From positions 26,474,001 through 26,538,000 of the forward strand of contig OX597823.1 in NCBI GenBank assembly GCA_951406725.2: a stretch of 64,000 bases of DNA, given 5' to 3'. Source of the stretch: Octopus vulgaris (Eukaryota). Position numbers and translations under genes: made by a program. The notes beneath the pieces are model-generated. The model had not been told where the DNA came from, did not search any database, and saw only the letters and a list, made by a program, of their open reading frames with translations. Of this stretch, positions 13,415 through 27,214 are shown piece by piece (the stretch's first letter is position 1; each line of letters opens with the position of its first letter).

Positions 13415-14755
13415 GACAGTGTCTGTGTATGTATGTAGTGTCTGTCAGTGTGTCTGTCTATTTGCCTGTCTATATGTCTGTGTGTGTGCCTGCCTGTGTG
13501 TCTGTCTGTGTGCCTGTCAGTATGTCAGTCCATCTGTGTATCTGTGTGTCTGATTATCTGTCTGTCTGTCTGAAGAATGGCTACGTTTGGTTTGTGTTGC
13601 CTAGTCGAGTTTTGATAATTTGTACTCCTGCAACAATATGAAAACCCCTTTCTGTATTTTCGATGCTTATGCATGAGTACATATTTGCTAGCAAATCGAT
13701 TTCATTTGCTCCTTGTGGTCAGTTTTTTCTCTCAATATTTTCTCTAAAAGAAACCAGCATGATTATCCCATTAACAATCCAGATACACTTTGTGATATCA
13801 AGTTTACAATTACTCTGGGTAGTGCATGGGTGACGCCTTTTCACTAATTTGCTCATTTGCTCTGAGTCGAAAATTAGTGTCAATGGCCTAAGTCACGAAC
13901 CGTTGAACGATGCAAGATTCTGTTGCCTGAAAGGACCAAAAAAAAAAAAAAAAAAGAAAAGACTTTCAAGAATGTAAAACTGCTGATACCAATTTCTTTC
14001 TCTTCCAACAATCCCGGCATCACCTTACCAGGAGCACCCACTTCTGAAGAAAGATATCAACTCTCAATAAGAAATACATTGAATATGTTAAATATCGTAC
14101 TTACGAAATTTTCTGCACCTTTTTCTTCACAACTTTCAGTTCTAATCTGGTTTCGACATTTTCTAAAAACTTACTGTATTTTTCTACCAATCTCTCACAT
14201 ATTTGAGTGGGAGAATATACATTTCTTAGAGAACTAATGATATTCCTTCTACTCTTGTTTTTCGCTCTTGTCATCTGATTGTAACTTGATGGCTCTCCTA
14301 TATTTTGGTGGCTCTCCTATGTCTTGGTGGTTATCCTATATCTAGACTAAAACCATATTATCATTTAGTTGATTCATGCCTGTCCCCTCATCTGCACACT
14401 GATAACAAAATGTAATGTTTCAAAAGAGAGAAAAAGGTACTGTGTTAGTTTGAAAATTACGTTTTTGGCATGAAAAAAAGGGAGACACGTGAATGTAATT
14501 TACTCAGTGCCGTAATAAAAAAAAAGGTTTCTTGAGCCTTAAAATCATAAACTTGCTTTTCTAAACAAGAAAGAGAAGCCACCCCACAAAAAAAAAACAA
14601 CAAAAAACAAAAAGACAAACAAACAAACAAACAAACAAACAAACAAACAAAAAACAAAAACAAAAAACTGACAAAACACAAAACACTGAAATTCCTATTC
14701 AATCTTTTCCTTTTTACATAAATCTTTATTTACTATGCACTGGCAGAGATTTTTA

Positions 14756-14824
<69 letters not shown>

Positions 14825-14825
14825 A

Positions 14826-14857
<32 letters not shown>

Positions 14858-15156
14858 GCCTCTCCCTTTCACTTTCTCTTATACGTATGTATGCATGCAT
14901 GTGTGTGTATGAATGTATGTATGTTTGTGTATATGTATGTATCTATGCATGTTAATTGTCCTGTACTCCATTTTTTGTTGTTTTTAAAAAAATGTCCAGT
15001 TCCTTTGGTTTGTGTCTTGTTTTCGTTTCTCTTTGTGTTCGACGTCCCTTTGGTGTCCTGTACTCATATATGCGTGTATATGTACATGTAGAGGTAGGTA
15101 CGTACATATATGTTTATATATATGCATATGTTTTATTTCATTTATTAATATATGTG

Positions 15157-15190
<34 letters not shown>

Positions 15191-15193
15191 TGT

Positions 15194-15300
15194 CATCCAG
15201 TTTAATTCAAGATTTCTTGACAAGAGAGAAAGAACCGCTTTCTAACCTAGATCCAAGTTTCCTTTATTGGAATTTCAACATCAACAGAGTATTTTTGTAT
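15194..15300 (+). repeat. About 110-bp dispersed repeat embedded in (TATG)n; other copies at about 27045-27155 (-) and 60817-60930 (+)
   Basis: Shared core TTCAAG.TT.TTG.CAA.AGAGAAAGA.C.G.TTCT.ACCTAGATCCAAG....TT.ATTG.AATTTCA. Confidence 0.8.
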
Positions 15301-15622
15301 GTATGTATGTATATATGCAGATTTGTATGTATTCTAGTGCATATAGTTGCATATCTAGACATACTCAAATGTATTTAAAAGCTAAACTTCTGGAAAGTTT
15401 TACAGATTTTTACAGTTTCAATGATGGATGGATCTGTAGTCTTCGGATCAGCTTTCCCTTTTCTGATTTTGAAAGGCCTGTGCGTGTGTATGTACGTATG
15501 TATGTATGTATGTATGTATGTATGTATGTATGTATGTATGTATGTATGTATGTATGTATGCATGCATGTATGTATGTATGTATGTATGTATGTATGTATG
15601 TATGTATGTATGTATGTATGTA

Positions 15623-16090
15623 TCTTGTTTCAGTCATCAGTCTGCGGCCATGCTGGTGCACCGGCTTGAAGAATTTTTAGTTGAATGAATTGACCCCAGT
15701 ACTTTTTTTTAAAGGCTGGTACTTATTCTATATCGGTGCATGTTGCCGAACCCCTAATTTACGGGGACGTAAACAAACCACCACCGGTTGTCAAGTGGTG
15801 ATGGGGGACAAACACACACACACACAAAACACATACACACACAAACAAACACATGCACTCACACACACACACACAAACACCTCACACACACGAACCCCTC
15901 CACGCACACACATACACCCATCCACATCCACACACACGCACACACACATGCACTCCGCACACACGCACACAAACATACACGCACACCCACCCACGAACAC
16001 CCCCACACCAAAATCCCACCCACCCACCCACACACACACGATGAGCTTCCTTCAGTTACTGTCTACCAAATCTACCCACAAGGTTTGGTA
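15623..16090 (-). mobile_element. SINE family A, partial, with expanded internal (CA)-rich tract
   Basis: Similarity to 49895-50303. Confidence 0.75.
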
Positions 16091-17264
16091 AAAGGCACTG
16101 GCCCAGAGGTGAGTGTGTGTGCGTGTGTGCAGGTGTGTGTGTGTGTGTGTGTGTGTGTATTCACACACATCCAAGTCCAAGATCATCAAATTCACTGTAC
16201 AAGTTCAATTTTAAGTGACAGTCACCTTACAATGCTGACTCCCATTGCCAAGTCTGTGCAGCAATGATTAGAACGGCATACATGCCATGCAACGAGGGAC
16301 ATATTAACAGCCTTATGAGGGTCTTGGTCAAAGCAATGCACTGTGACCCTTCCTCTATCTATTGCCAATAAACCACAGGCCACAGCACACACAGATTAAG
16401 CATTGGGCACTAAACCCGTAGGGCCTAGAGCAGCGTTTATCAAACTGTGGGTCTCGACAAAAAAGAAGGAAAGAGAAGAAACGCAAGTGGGTGCAAAGTG
16501 CAGAATATCCAGCTTCACGAGGCTCCGGCAGGGGGTGGGTGGTGAACCCTGCTGTTCTCTTTCACCACAACTTTCTCTCACTTTTTCTTCCTATATTTCA
16601 AAGGGCTAGCCCTGCCACATTCTGTGTCACGCTGAATCTCCCCGAGAACTACGTCAAGGGTACACGTGTTTGTGGAGTGCTCAGCCACTTGCACGTTAAT
16701 TTCACGAGCAGGCTGTTCCATTGATCGGATTAACTGGAACCCTCGTCGTTGTAACCGACGGAGTGTCACAAAAAAAAAAAAAAATATTTAGTCGATGGCA
16801 CAATAGAACCAAAATCAATTATGGTGATAATCAACTTTGGCAATTGTTGACTGAGTAAGCAATGCCTATTTACATTACAAAAATTAACTCCTATCTTCGT
16901 TGCAGCCTTAACGATAGTATCGAAATTTAGTTGACAAATCGTTTCCGGCTGCCACTATGGGAAATAAAATTGGTTTTTGATGGTTGTAAAACAAGACGCA
17001 TTCTGCACAATTTTGACAATTAAAAATGGTTTTTCGCTGGGGACGTGTTAATAACAAATAACGAAGTTGATTTTCAACCACATAAAACAACAATCGTGAC
17101 TGGTCAGTTGTTTTATCGGGGCGTGATATGCAAATTATACATTTGTTACGATACTGTTGATTGGTTAAGATATCTACGAAAATAAGGAATAAAAAAAATA
17201 ATAGGAAATTTTTTGGTTTCTACACATTAACGTGCAGTTTTTGTTGATGGGGATAGTCAAATTG

Positions 17265-17351
<87 letters not shown>

Positions 17352-17523
17352 CACGTATAAATTAAATTGTCCTCACTGTTGTTAAACAAAACAAATTAAA
17401 GCTGGACGTACATATATATATATATATATATATATACACGTGATAGATTATATATTTGTGTGCACAAACACATATGTGCACTATACGTGTATATATGTGA
17501 CATGTATATATTGTATATATATA

Positions 17524-18769
17524 TCAGGCTAAGTTAAATGTAAGCAACGCTTTGAAATATGAAATTCATCACAATATATTTCAACAATGCAGGAATTTTA
17601 TTCTTCAAAGTATGCACCATTACAATCAACACGTTTTTGTCAACGAGTTCTGAACTCTTTGAACTCTTTGAACGCATTTTCAGCATCGGTTTGACTTTTG
17701 AACTCCTTCAGGAAACCATCAAGGTGCTTGAAAAAGTGGTAGTCGGTAGGAGAAAGGTCTGGGGAATAAGCTGGGTGGAGAAGGACTTAGTAGCCAAGTT
17801 CCCTCAACTTCTGGAGCGTCAGTAGTGAAACGTGTGGTGAGTATTGTCACGAAGAATGATTGGCCCTCTTCTGTTGACCAGTCTGGGACGGAGTAGCAGT
17901 TTTTCTTTCATTTTGGCAATTTCATGGTAATATGTTTTTTCAGTAATGGTGTTTCCGGGTTTTAAGAAGTGGATGAATCCAGCAGTACACCATCAAACAG
18001 TCACCATAATCTTCTTATTGAAGAGCTCGAGGTTAGGGAAGGTTTTCGGTGCTTCACTTTGGTCCAACCACTGCGAAGAACGTTTTTTGCTATTGTACAA
18101 AATCCACTTTTCATCACAAGTTACAATACGGTCGAAAAACGGATCGGTCTGGTTACGGAGAAGAAGCGACGAGCAAATTTCATATCCGTGTATTTTATGA
18201 TTTTCATTCAAATCGTGTGGTACCCATTTGTCGAGCTTTTTTGATTTTCCGATCTCATGCAAATGGTTGCAGATAGTTTTCCGGCTAACTTGAAGTTCTT
18301 TTGCCAGTTCGCAAGTGATTTTACGTAGATCTTTCTTAATGACAGTCTTTAATTGACCGTCATCGATGACAGACAAGCGTCCACAACACTCACGATCTTC
18401 AAGGCTCAGATCTCTACTGCGAAATCGTTTAAATCATTTTCGAGCTGACCACTCACTGGTTATTTCCTCAACAAACGTTTCGTTGATATCGCGAGCAGTT
18501 TAAGCTGCTTTACGTCCTTTTTTGAAGTTGAATAGCAAAATTGCTGGAATATCGCGCTTTGAGAGTTCTATTTCAGATGGCTGTAACAACGGTGAAAAAA
18601 ATATCAATGTTAATTTATTGATGCATTTGGGCAAGTCTATGTCTGTATTAACAGACAATTGAAAAAAGATATTTGAAAAAAAACATCTTTTGAAAAAAGA
18701 TGTTCAAAACTCTGCAAAAATTCTTTACAAATTAGGTTCAAAACGTTGCTTATTTTTTACTCAACCTGA
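17524..18769 (-). mobile_element. Mariner (DD34D) DNA transposon, defective
   Basis: Minus-strand motifs WVPHDL, IVTCDEKWI and YSPDLSPTDYHF. Imperfect TIRs TCAGG.T.AGT.AA...TAAGCAACG.TTTGAA flanked by TA. Stops and frameshifts present. Confidence 0.9.
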
Positions 18770-18772
18770 TAT

Positions 18773-19145
18773 CACGATATCGACCAGATTATTTGATGTT
18801 GTTATACATCGCCGGTTACAATGCGCTTCGCATTGTTTTAGCTTTCGAATGATGCAACTCTGCCGGTCAGGCGGGCAGGCCAAAAATTTCTTTGAACGGA
18901 ACACCAGTCTATTGTGTAGGGTTATCAATTAACGGCTGAATGGACGGAGGCAACATAAAACGAAGTCTTCTTATTCAAGAACACAACCCACGACCAATCT
19001 ATTACCTATTCACAGCTGAGCAGTCTGGGGAAACGTTGAAATGAAGAGTTTTGCTCAAGAACACAACGCATCGCTCGACCTGAGACTCGAAACCACGATC
19101 ACGCAATCGTGAGTGCAACACTCTAACCTCTAGGTCACGCGCCTT
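18773..19145 (-). mobile_element. tRNA-derived SINE family C (related pieces at about 9950-10135, 16517-16770, 31103-31330, 39393-39640)
   Basis: Head with a GGTTTCGA B-box-like motif followed by GTTGTGTTCTTGAGCAA. Shares the tail CGCATTGT...TTAGC.TTCGAATGA with 31103 and 39393. Confidence 0.65.
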
Positions 19146-19729
19146 CGCGCACACGCTCGCACGCACGCACCCACCGCACTTACACACGTACACACACACA
19201 CGCATGTGCGCACACACACAATCTTCTACGCCCCTTTCTTACCACTTTACAACCACCTAATCACTTTCTCTCTCCCACTCTCTTTCTCTCTCTCTCACTC
19301 TCTTTCTCTCTCTCTCACTCTCTTTCTCTCTCTCACTCCTTTTCTTTCTCTCACTCTCTCTCTCTCACTCTCTTTCTCTCTCTCACTCCCTTTCTCTCTC
19401 TCACTCCATTTCTCTCTATCATTACTTTTTCCATCGCTGTATCTCTGTTACTCTAACGCTATTGACATCGCCGTTTCCCATTCTCTGCCTCCCGTTCTTT
19501 CGTCTTTTGGAAAGTAATATAAAAACTAATTCTAAGACATGGAATCGCAAGGAACGGTTTTAGCAGAACACTTGATTAATGTAAGCTTGCAGACGACTTC
19601 ATTTCAACTTCTGAAAATGACATTTTCAGTTGATTTGAATTTATTTAAGCGAGAAGCTAAATTCGGTGCATGTTAATTTAAATTACGGCAATGGCAAGAC
19701 TTCAGAAAAAAAAAAGGCAATAAACAAAA

Positions 19730-21850
19730 GCAAACCAGTTTCTTTTGACACCAGGTTCAAATTTTATGACAAGTAATGGCCAAGAAATGGGAACAAAAGA
19801 CAGTTGCAAAGTATTGTTCTAAGAAAAAAGTTAATCTACAAGTCGCTGATTCACCAGACCTCACCAAATATCTTCTGCTGCTACTTCTGAGGAATCAGAG
19901 AATCTCTTGCAGAAGATCCCGAACTGCAACTATGCTTTTTACACAACTTCTTTTGAAGCAATCATCGTCAGAGAAAGGACAGCTAGACCATTTTTTAAAG
20001 TACGAAGGTAAACTGTCACACGATTCGATCGCTTCAGTTCCCATTTAACGAAGAGCACAGCTGTAAGCAGTTGCACCAGTTAGTGATTTAAAGAGACAGG
20101 TTCATAACAAACAAAAACATATCCTCAGGCACAAGATTTGACTTGATTCATTAACTTCAAGAGATGGTTCGTGTTAATAACAATCAGTATGCTTTAGTCT
20201 CTGCGCCAACCTAAGAGTGTTAAATCGCCATTAATGAATATAAGAAGTTCTCTGAAGAATATGGATAATGTTTATATGACGTTGCAGTCATAGTGTATTT
20301 GTCCCCCCACCATCGCTTGACAACCGATGTTGGTGTATTTACGTTGCTGTCATTTAGCAGTTCGGCCAAAAGAGACCTTTAGAATAAATACTAAGCTTAC
20401 AAAGAATAAGTCCTGGGGTCGATTTGTTCAACTAAAGGTGGTGCTCCAGCATGGCCGCAGCCAAATGACTGAAACAAGTAAAAGAGTAAAAAAAAAAGAA
20501 TATATATATTCTTGCTCCGGTGGGGAGCAAGGATTTTCTGCTTAAAACTGTACAAGATGGCGGAATTGATTACTAAGTGCCAAATTGTGGATCGACCACG
20601 TGTTACATGTGTACCTTAGAAACGTAAAAAGGAGATTGTCACTTACAGACTTCTTGATCTACGTCAATCAAATCGATTCCATCATAGCAGAGATTTCAGT
20701 ATTGTTCAAAGTCAGATGGTTCACGGTTTCTGTAATACCCAGAAGAAGAATTCACCTTGCGTGAAAGACAAGGAATGCACCAAGCGGCTTCCAAGTCCAT
20801 TTGTCAATGTGATTTACAGAAGAATAGCACCGAAAGGTGGAGACTTTCAAAATTTAGAGAGTATGAAATTGACAATAACTACCCACTACTGAGACATTTA
20901 CTGCAACCATAAAAATTTAATTCTGCAATTTAATAAAGCCCATTAGATTTGTTAATAAATAGGTCCTCAAAGGATCTGATGCCGCAATATTTGCTCTGAC
21001 GTAGCAAAACAACTGCAATAAAGTTACCCAGTTCCATTAGGGACAATACCTCGGCGGCCTAAGGAAGTAAAAAAAAAACGAGCTCTAAATCTGAACGACG
21101 GAAACTGCTTTTGGTGTCTGTCAAGGAAAATCTCAGTGAGAATCTGGGGAGTAAACTCGAAGGTTTTAACCTTTCGTCTTTTATGCAAAAGAACATAATA
21201 TCTTCCAGAGACTTATTCTGCTCACGCTGGATTTTGAGTGTGCAAGCACTAAGATTGATTCTTAGAGAATAACGATATGATAAAACCTCATCTGGACTTA
21301 AAGCACGGCTTTTTCAGAGTTCGTGGTACTCAGGATTGTCTAGGACTCATGGTACATTAAAATGATATGAGATTCGGTTCTATGTGGATAGAAACAACTC
21401 AAGATACTTTTATGGCGCCTTGTAGATTGTCTACATCAACAGGACTCTGGCTCATCTCCGTTGATAATTGTTAACAGACCGGGTCTGTTGACGAACAAGG
21501 AGATAACCCTTGAAAAAGGAGATCATGTACGGTGTTCTGAACCATATCCCCGCTGTCAAAGTAAGAGACTTAACTAATTTTCCCAGACCAGGGATCATCA
21601 TATCGCTTGCTGATCTTCTTAATGAGAATGAAGTCAAGTTTGCCGTAGATGCTCTACAGAACAACCAAACCAATGAACCCAGCACCATTCCAGCTAAGAT
21701 TAATAAGATTAGTGGTTCTTACTTTGTTTTAAGGTTCAGTGTTCTTTCAATTAATGCAGTGCTCAGAGGACATCTTTCAAGAATCGAATTCAAGAACGTC
21801 TCAATAGTCTACCTCTACAAGAAAAAAAAAACATCGAAAACATGAAAGGA
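19730..21850 (+). mobile_element. Highly decayed RTE-like LINE with a SINE A insertion (20295-20490)
   Basis: Broken frames ending IPAKINK...EFKNVSIVYLYKKK, resembling the start of an RTE RT (PAEI.K / DFKDA.I..LYK.KG). Many stops. Confidence 0.5.
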
Positions 21851-22293
21851 AATCGTCAGTGCTGCGACAATCAGCAAGTCACATTTCTGCTTTACCTTTT
21901 CACTCAGTGCCTATGATATGAGTCCAGTAATTCACAGATATCTATTGAATCACTACAACTTCGCACCAGTCCACCAAATAATATCTATGCGCCAAATCAA
22001 TTTTTATTAGTAGCACATTGTTGCCATATCAAAGACTGTATTTTTGCACTAGCATGTGCTACATTCAAGGCAATAATATTTCTTAGAATTCCTTGTGTTC
22101 TTTGTGAAGTCTTTGTAGCGTTTTTCGTTAAATGAATTCATGTTACGTGTGCTAAAACTAGTGTTGATGGTTTTCAGGTGAACGATTTTGACCTTAACAT
22201 AAATATTACACTGCGAGTGAGAGATGTCAAGTCTCTGAACAAAACCTATTTCACAGAATAAAACTGATTACTTCTTTTCGAATTGAAAAATAG

Positions 22294-22435
22294 GTCTGGT
22301 CCGTTTGATTGGAGGCAGTAACCCAGGAGAAGGACGTGTGGAAGTGTTCCACAAGGGGCACTGGACTACCATCTGTGATGATGATTGGGATGTGGCTGAT
22401 GCTAGAGTTATCTGTAGAATGGTTGGAGACTACTC
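22294..22435 (+). CDS. SRCR protein exon: N-terminal half of SRCR domain 1
   Basis: AG acceptor 22292-3 and GTAAGT donor. Encodes [46 protein letters not shown], a canonical SRCR sequence. Phase 1 to 2. Confidence 0.95.
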
Positions 22436-23880
22436 GTAAGTAGAAACCAGTAAAGTTTTTTCTATTACCGACCTTTTCTTCCTTTTTCTTCACATAGGTT
22501 TTTTTTCTTCAAGTAACTTTGGCACACAGTTACAGACTTGGAGGGATGGGTGGGTAAAGTCGTCGAATGGATTTTCAGTAGATGAAAGTAGTACTTAGTT
22601 TAGTTTACCAACCGTCGAACGAAGATCAATAAATATTATTGCCAGGAACCATAGATTAAGTCTATAGTTTATGATTGGTTCTTATTTTATCGACCTTTAA
22701 ATGAACTTTAACAAACATCGTTGCTGGGAATGTGAAAGGACAGATTATGACCCCACTATATACCTGGTCCTTATTTTATCGACATGGGAACGAGGATTAA
22801 CAGATATTGTTGCTGGGAATGTTGTGGGTGTTTGTAGTGGTGCACAGACTATGAAGATGTCTGTATGTAGCAATAATCTCACCTCTAGATGTAAATAGCA
22901 TTCAAATGTGGATTTTATTTGAGGTTTCTAAGTAACTGGACCAGTATGGAAATATTATTTGGCTCTAAAGAAGAATCCTATCTTTGTAATGCAGTTTTGG
23001 TAGATTAGTCGCTATGAGGGAATATCGGAGAGTGTTAAATTGAGAATTTGTAGCAGCTCTAAGGGTTTTACCAAGTTATAACAAAAAGTTAGTGAAATAT
23101 TTAAAATGTTTACAGTTGGATAGATAGACAAATATAACAAAATAATTTGATAAAAAATGTGAATTTTTAATTATTTTCTGAGATTTTACAAAAACAACAA
23201 AAATATTTGTTGTCCAAAATTACACAGGGAGTAGGGGAAGGTTCCCATGATTTACATCAAAGTATTTAGCCTGGGTAGCTACTGTTTATTTCACCCACTG
23301 CATCCTATTTTCATAACGATTCTACTTAATCTTGCCAACTTAGTAAAATCTGTTTCTCTGATGAGATCTAATAAGTCCGAAACATGTTTGTTGATTGAAC
23401 CAACAGGCTTTAAATACTAGATTCATACCTGTCTGCATTATTTATAATGAAAAAAAAATCGATCAGCTAATGATATTGAATTCACACCCATTGCTTATTT
23501 TAAGAGAGGGAACTATTGTCTACTAATTTCAAGGCAATTTCAGTCGATCAAAATATTTCATCTCACTATATTGCATTTGTGAGATCCTACAGCATTTGTA
23601 TTGCAAGAATCTAGTTGCTATGGGAATTAACTGACAAAGCCTCGAATATATCTCTATTCATATTGGTTTCAAGTTTCGACACAAGACCAGCAATTTGCTT
23701 AATTACACCAGTCTGCGACCAAAAAATCGTTTCACATTTATTGGGTGAAATTAACCAATCCTTTATCTGCGGATTTCAAAAATTACAAAAAAATTATCCT
23801 ATCATGAACAGTTTCTTCATAAAATCGATCACTGCATTTCACCATTGTATCCGAATTTGACTATTGTCTTTTTATGATTG

Positions 23881-24499
23881 ATATTGGTTTTCAAATTTAA
23901 GTACAAGGTCAGCACTTTTGTGGGAGACAGAAAGTCGATTACATAGACTCTAGTGTTCCACTGGTACTTAATTTATCGACCCCGAAAGGATGAAAGGCAA
24001 AGTCAACATCGGCGGCATTTGAACTCAGAACTTAAGGACGGACGAAATGTCGCTAAGCATTTCGCCCGGTGTGGTAACAACTCTGCTAGCTCGCCGTCTT
24101 CCGATGGCAATTAATATAAATAATAAGAAAGCGGCGAGCTGGCAGAAACGTTAGCACGCCGGACGAAATGCTTAGCAGTATTTCGTCTGCCGTTACGTTC
24201 TGAGTTCAAATTCCGCCGAGGTTGACTTTGCCTTTCATCCTTTCGGGGTCGATAAATTAAGTACCAGTTACGCACTGGGATCGATGTAATCGACTTAATC
24301 CCTTTGTCTGTCCTTGTTTGTCCTCTCTGTGTTTAACCCATTGTGGGTAGTAAAGAAATAGGTATTGCGTCCGTCTTTATGTTCTGAGTTCAAATTCCAC
24401 CTTTGCTTTTCATCCTTTCGGAGTCTACAAAATAAATACCATTTGAGCAATGGGTTGATGTAATCGACTTAGCCCCTCCAACAAATTTGAAACCAATAT
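23881..24499. mobile_element. Head-to-head pair of tRNA-derived SINE family B (23881-24100 minus, 24130-24499 plus)
   Basis: Head GCGGCGAGCTGGCAGAA..GAGTTCAAATTCC and central GCCTTTCATCCTTTCGGGGTCGATAAA. Other copies at about 32280-32480, 35212-35281, 48321-48540, 51755-51950, 53941-54155 and 54295-54684. Confidence 0.85.
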
Positions 24500-24880
24500 T
24501 AATTGCCATTGCGAATGCCCATCCGTTTACAAGCGAGAGAGTTCCAAATAAAAAAGAAGAGAATTTGAGGTGCTTAACCTAAAACATGAATGGAACCCTT
24601 GTAAAATACTATTTTCTTACCTTTCAATTGCATTTGTACCATTTGCCAAATAAAGTATCAAATTCATTTTTATTAGTTTCATTTTGTTCTACCATATGTG
24701 GATTTCATTACTAACTATGGTATATTTATTATTAAATTCTGAGAAAATCTTAGTCAATGAGAAAGCGCTTTTTTGATATTTCGAATTAGCACCACAAAAA
24801 TATATAAAATATTTTGTAAACAATTTTCAAAAGCTTCTATTTCGCAGACTTGCGTTATGTGTGTTTACTGTTTATTTTAG

Positions 24881-25053
24881 GAAAGCCATTCCCTTTTACA
24901 ATGCTCGTTTCGGAAAAGGTGAAGGAAATATAACAATAACTGATGTAAAGTGTCATGGGAAGGAATCTACCATTTTTGAATGCTCATACCGCGAGAAGAA
25001 TTATTGCCTACACAAAGATGATGCTTCCGTAGGCTGTTTCAAAACACAGCATG
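24881..25053 (+). CDS. SRCR protein exon: C-terminal half of SRCR domain 1
   Basis: TTTTAG acceptor and G|GTAAAT donor. Encodes KAIPFYNARFGKGEGNITITDVKCHGKESTIFECSYREKNYCLHKDDASVGCFKTQH. Phase 2 to 1. Confidence 0.95.
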
Positions 25054-26075
25054 GTAAATATTTGTTATTTGTAACAAAGACAATGAGTTTCTGTTTTTGA
25101 AGTTGTTTATCTCTACTGCAGCCCTGTTCCTGTAGATATGCCAGCTGTGACTATCCACTACTCTAGGACCACATTATCCAATATGCAATTTGTTTTCTTC
25201 TTAAGAATATAGGATGTAGTCTGCAGGAGATTTCTCTTTCTACTTCTAGCAAATCGTGCGACTGTAGAGGCCACTGTCTTTGTTTGGTTTACAGCAGTGA
25301 GTTGGCAATAATGGCAGAACTGACTGTCTTCTGTTGTATTACGCTAATTGAAACCCCATCAATATTGATTTTGTCTTTCCTCTCATATAACTAGTTAAAG
25401 TATCTGTGAATATATTAACAGCTGAGTTGACTAATTATATCCATATATGCCATACTGTTTCACCAACTACTTACCCATCTTCTATCAAGATTTCTTCAAT
25501 CCCTGTATAAATTCAATAAATTGCATCTACATCTGCATCTTAAAAAGCCAAAAAGGAGCCTGACGCAGTTACTCGAATACAATTAACAATTGAGTTTACC
25601 TCAAATACTACGCTGCAAGAACATAGTGGACTATTTTATCAACTTGCTTTCTGGACCTCAACACAAGTAATCCTCATTTATCCAAAAATATAAACCAGAA
25701 TTAAATATGAACCCATATTAGAAATAAAATACTTACCCCTTCTATTGTAAGATATAAGCCAGAATAAAATACAGACCAAAAATAAAAATTACAGATTTAC
25801 TTCCCTTCCACTGTAAAATAAATGAGTGAACAATTATCTCCCCTAGTAATATGTCTTACCCCTAGCAATATGCCTATTTTCAACCATTAGCTTGATGAGC
25901 AATGCGAAACCGGTTCTTACTTTATGTTGAAAGAACGAAATCTTATTTTGCACAAAATTATATATCTTTATTATTATGACTTTAATCCTGTAAAACAAAT
26001 CTTCTGTGTTTCTTCATCTTTTCTCTTTTTGTATATATCTAACCACGTATGTTCCCCCAATAAAATAATTTCAAT

Positions 26076-26121
<46 letters not shown>

Positions 26122-26397
26122 CAAATGTTTTGTTAAAAAATAATGACCTCCAATAAAGGCTCTGGGTCCTCAGACTTTATCAGAGAGTATAACAGCTTAT
26201 ACCGATTCCAGACCTTAACCGGCACCTTTAGCGACTCTGAAACGATGAACGGCAATGTCAAAGCCGTAGCAGGTCAACTCAACCCCACTGTAAAATAATA
26301 AATTCGTATGATATTTATGTCCGTTGCTCTATCAATTTTATCACCTGTTCACGCTACTCTAGTAATAAAACATATGAAATATTTTCTCTCTCCACAG

Positions 26398-26448
26398 TCA
26401 CGAAAGAGAAAGAAGTCAGCACTTTACCTGAACGTAAGGAAACAATAG
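26398..26448 (+). CDS. SRCR protein linker mini-exon
   Basis: Strong acceptor TTTTCTCTCTCCACAG and donor G|GTAAGT. 51 nt, phase 1-1, open reading VTKEKEVSTLPERKETI. Confidence 0.75.
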   Translation, partial: SRKRKKSALYLNVRKQ

Positions 26449-27167
26449 GTAAGTAACTATTTCATCTGGACTAAGTCATTACGCAGCAGCATAGCGACGG
26501 ACACTGATTAGTCTTTAATTATAATTAATTCCATTAAATAATTATGTAATGGGATTTTTGGTGACGTTTTACAGATTTTGTGTAGTAACGAGTTTTTGGC
26601 GCAGTAACCTCATTGTCGAGTAGGGAAGGTTGTTGTTTAGTCCCGGATTAGCTATGATAGACTATACATACCAAAGACACTCCAACTTTGACCATACTGT
26701 CTTATCTCGGATAACTGTATCTAATGCATCCTTTTTTTCTAAACGTGTGTTGAGGGAGATTTGGTTTATTTTACTGTCAAATCGCGTGACAATGAAGAGT
26801 TTATCTCTGTGTCTCTAATAAGAAGCTGATCTCTAATTTACAGAATTAGTTATACATGTTTGATTGCAGCACGAAACTGAGTGTTTCTAATCGCTACGCA
26901 ATCTCGTTGAACAAACGCTTTCTACCGTAACTTATGGGAGGCTCAAGCTGTGCGAGTAAAACTGAGAAACTACTGACTTTGTCATGCGGCTTGTACCTAT
27001 TCTTGAGTGACACGCAACTATATCCATGAGAATACATACATACATGTAAAAATACCCTCTTGATGTTGAAATTCCAATGAAGAAGCCTTGGATCTAGGTC
27101 AGAACCCGTTCTTTCTCTATTGGCAACAACCCTTGGAATAAAATTGAGTAATGACATACATACACAC

Positions 27168-27209
<42 letters not shown>

Positions 27210-27214
<5 letters not shown>

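Noticed and set aside
14280-14345. Three 20-nt tandem units (TTGGTGGCTCTCCTAT...) as a CRISPR-like array
   Set aside because: A short minisatellite with no spacers, in eukaryotic DNA with no cas genes.
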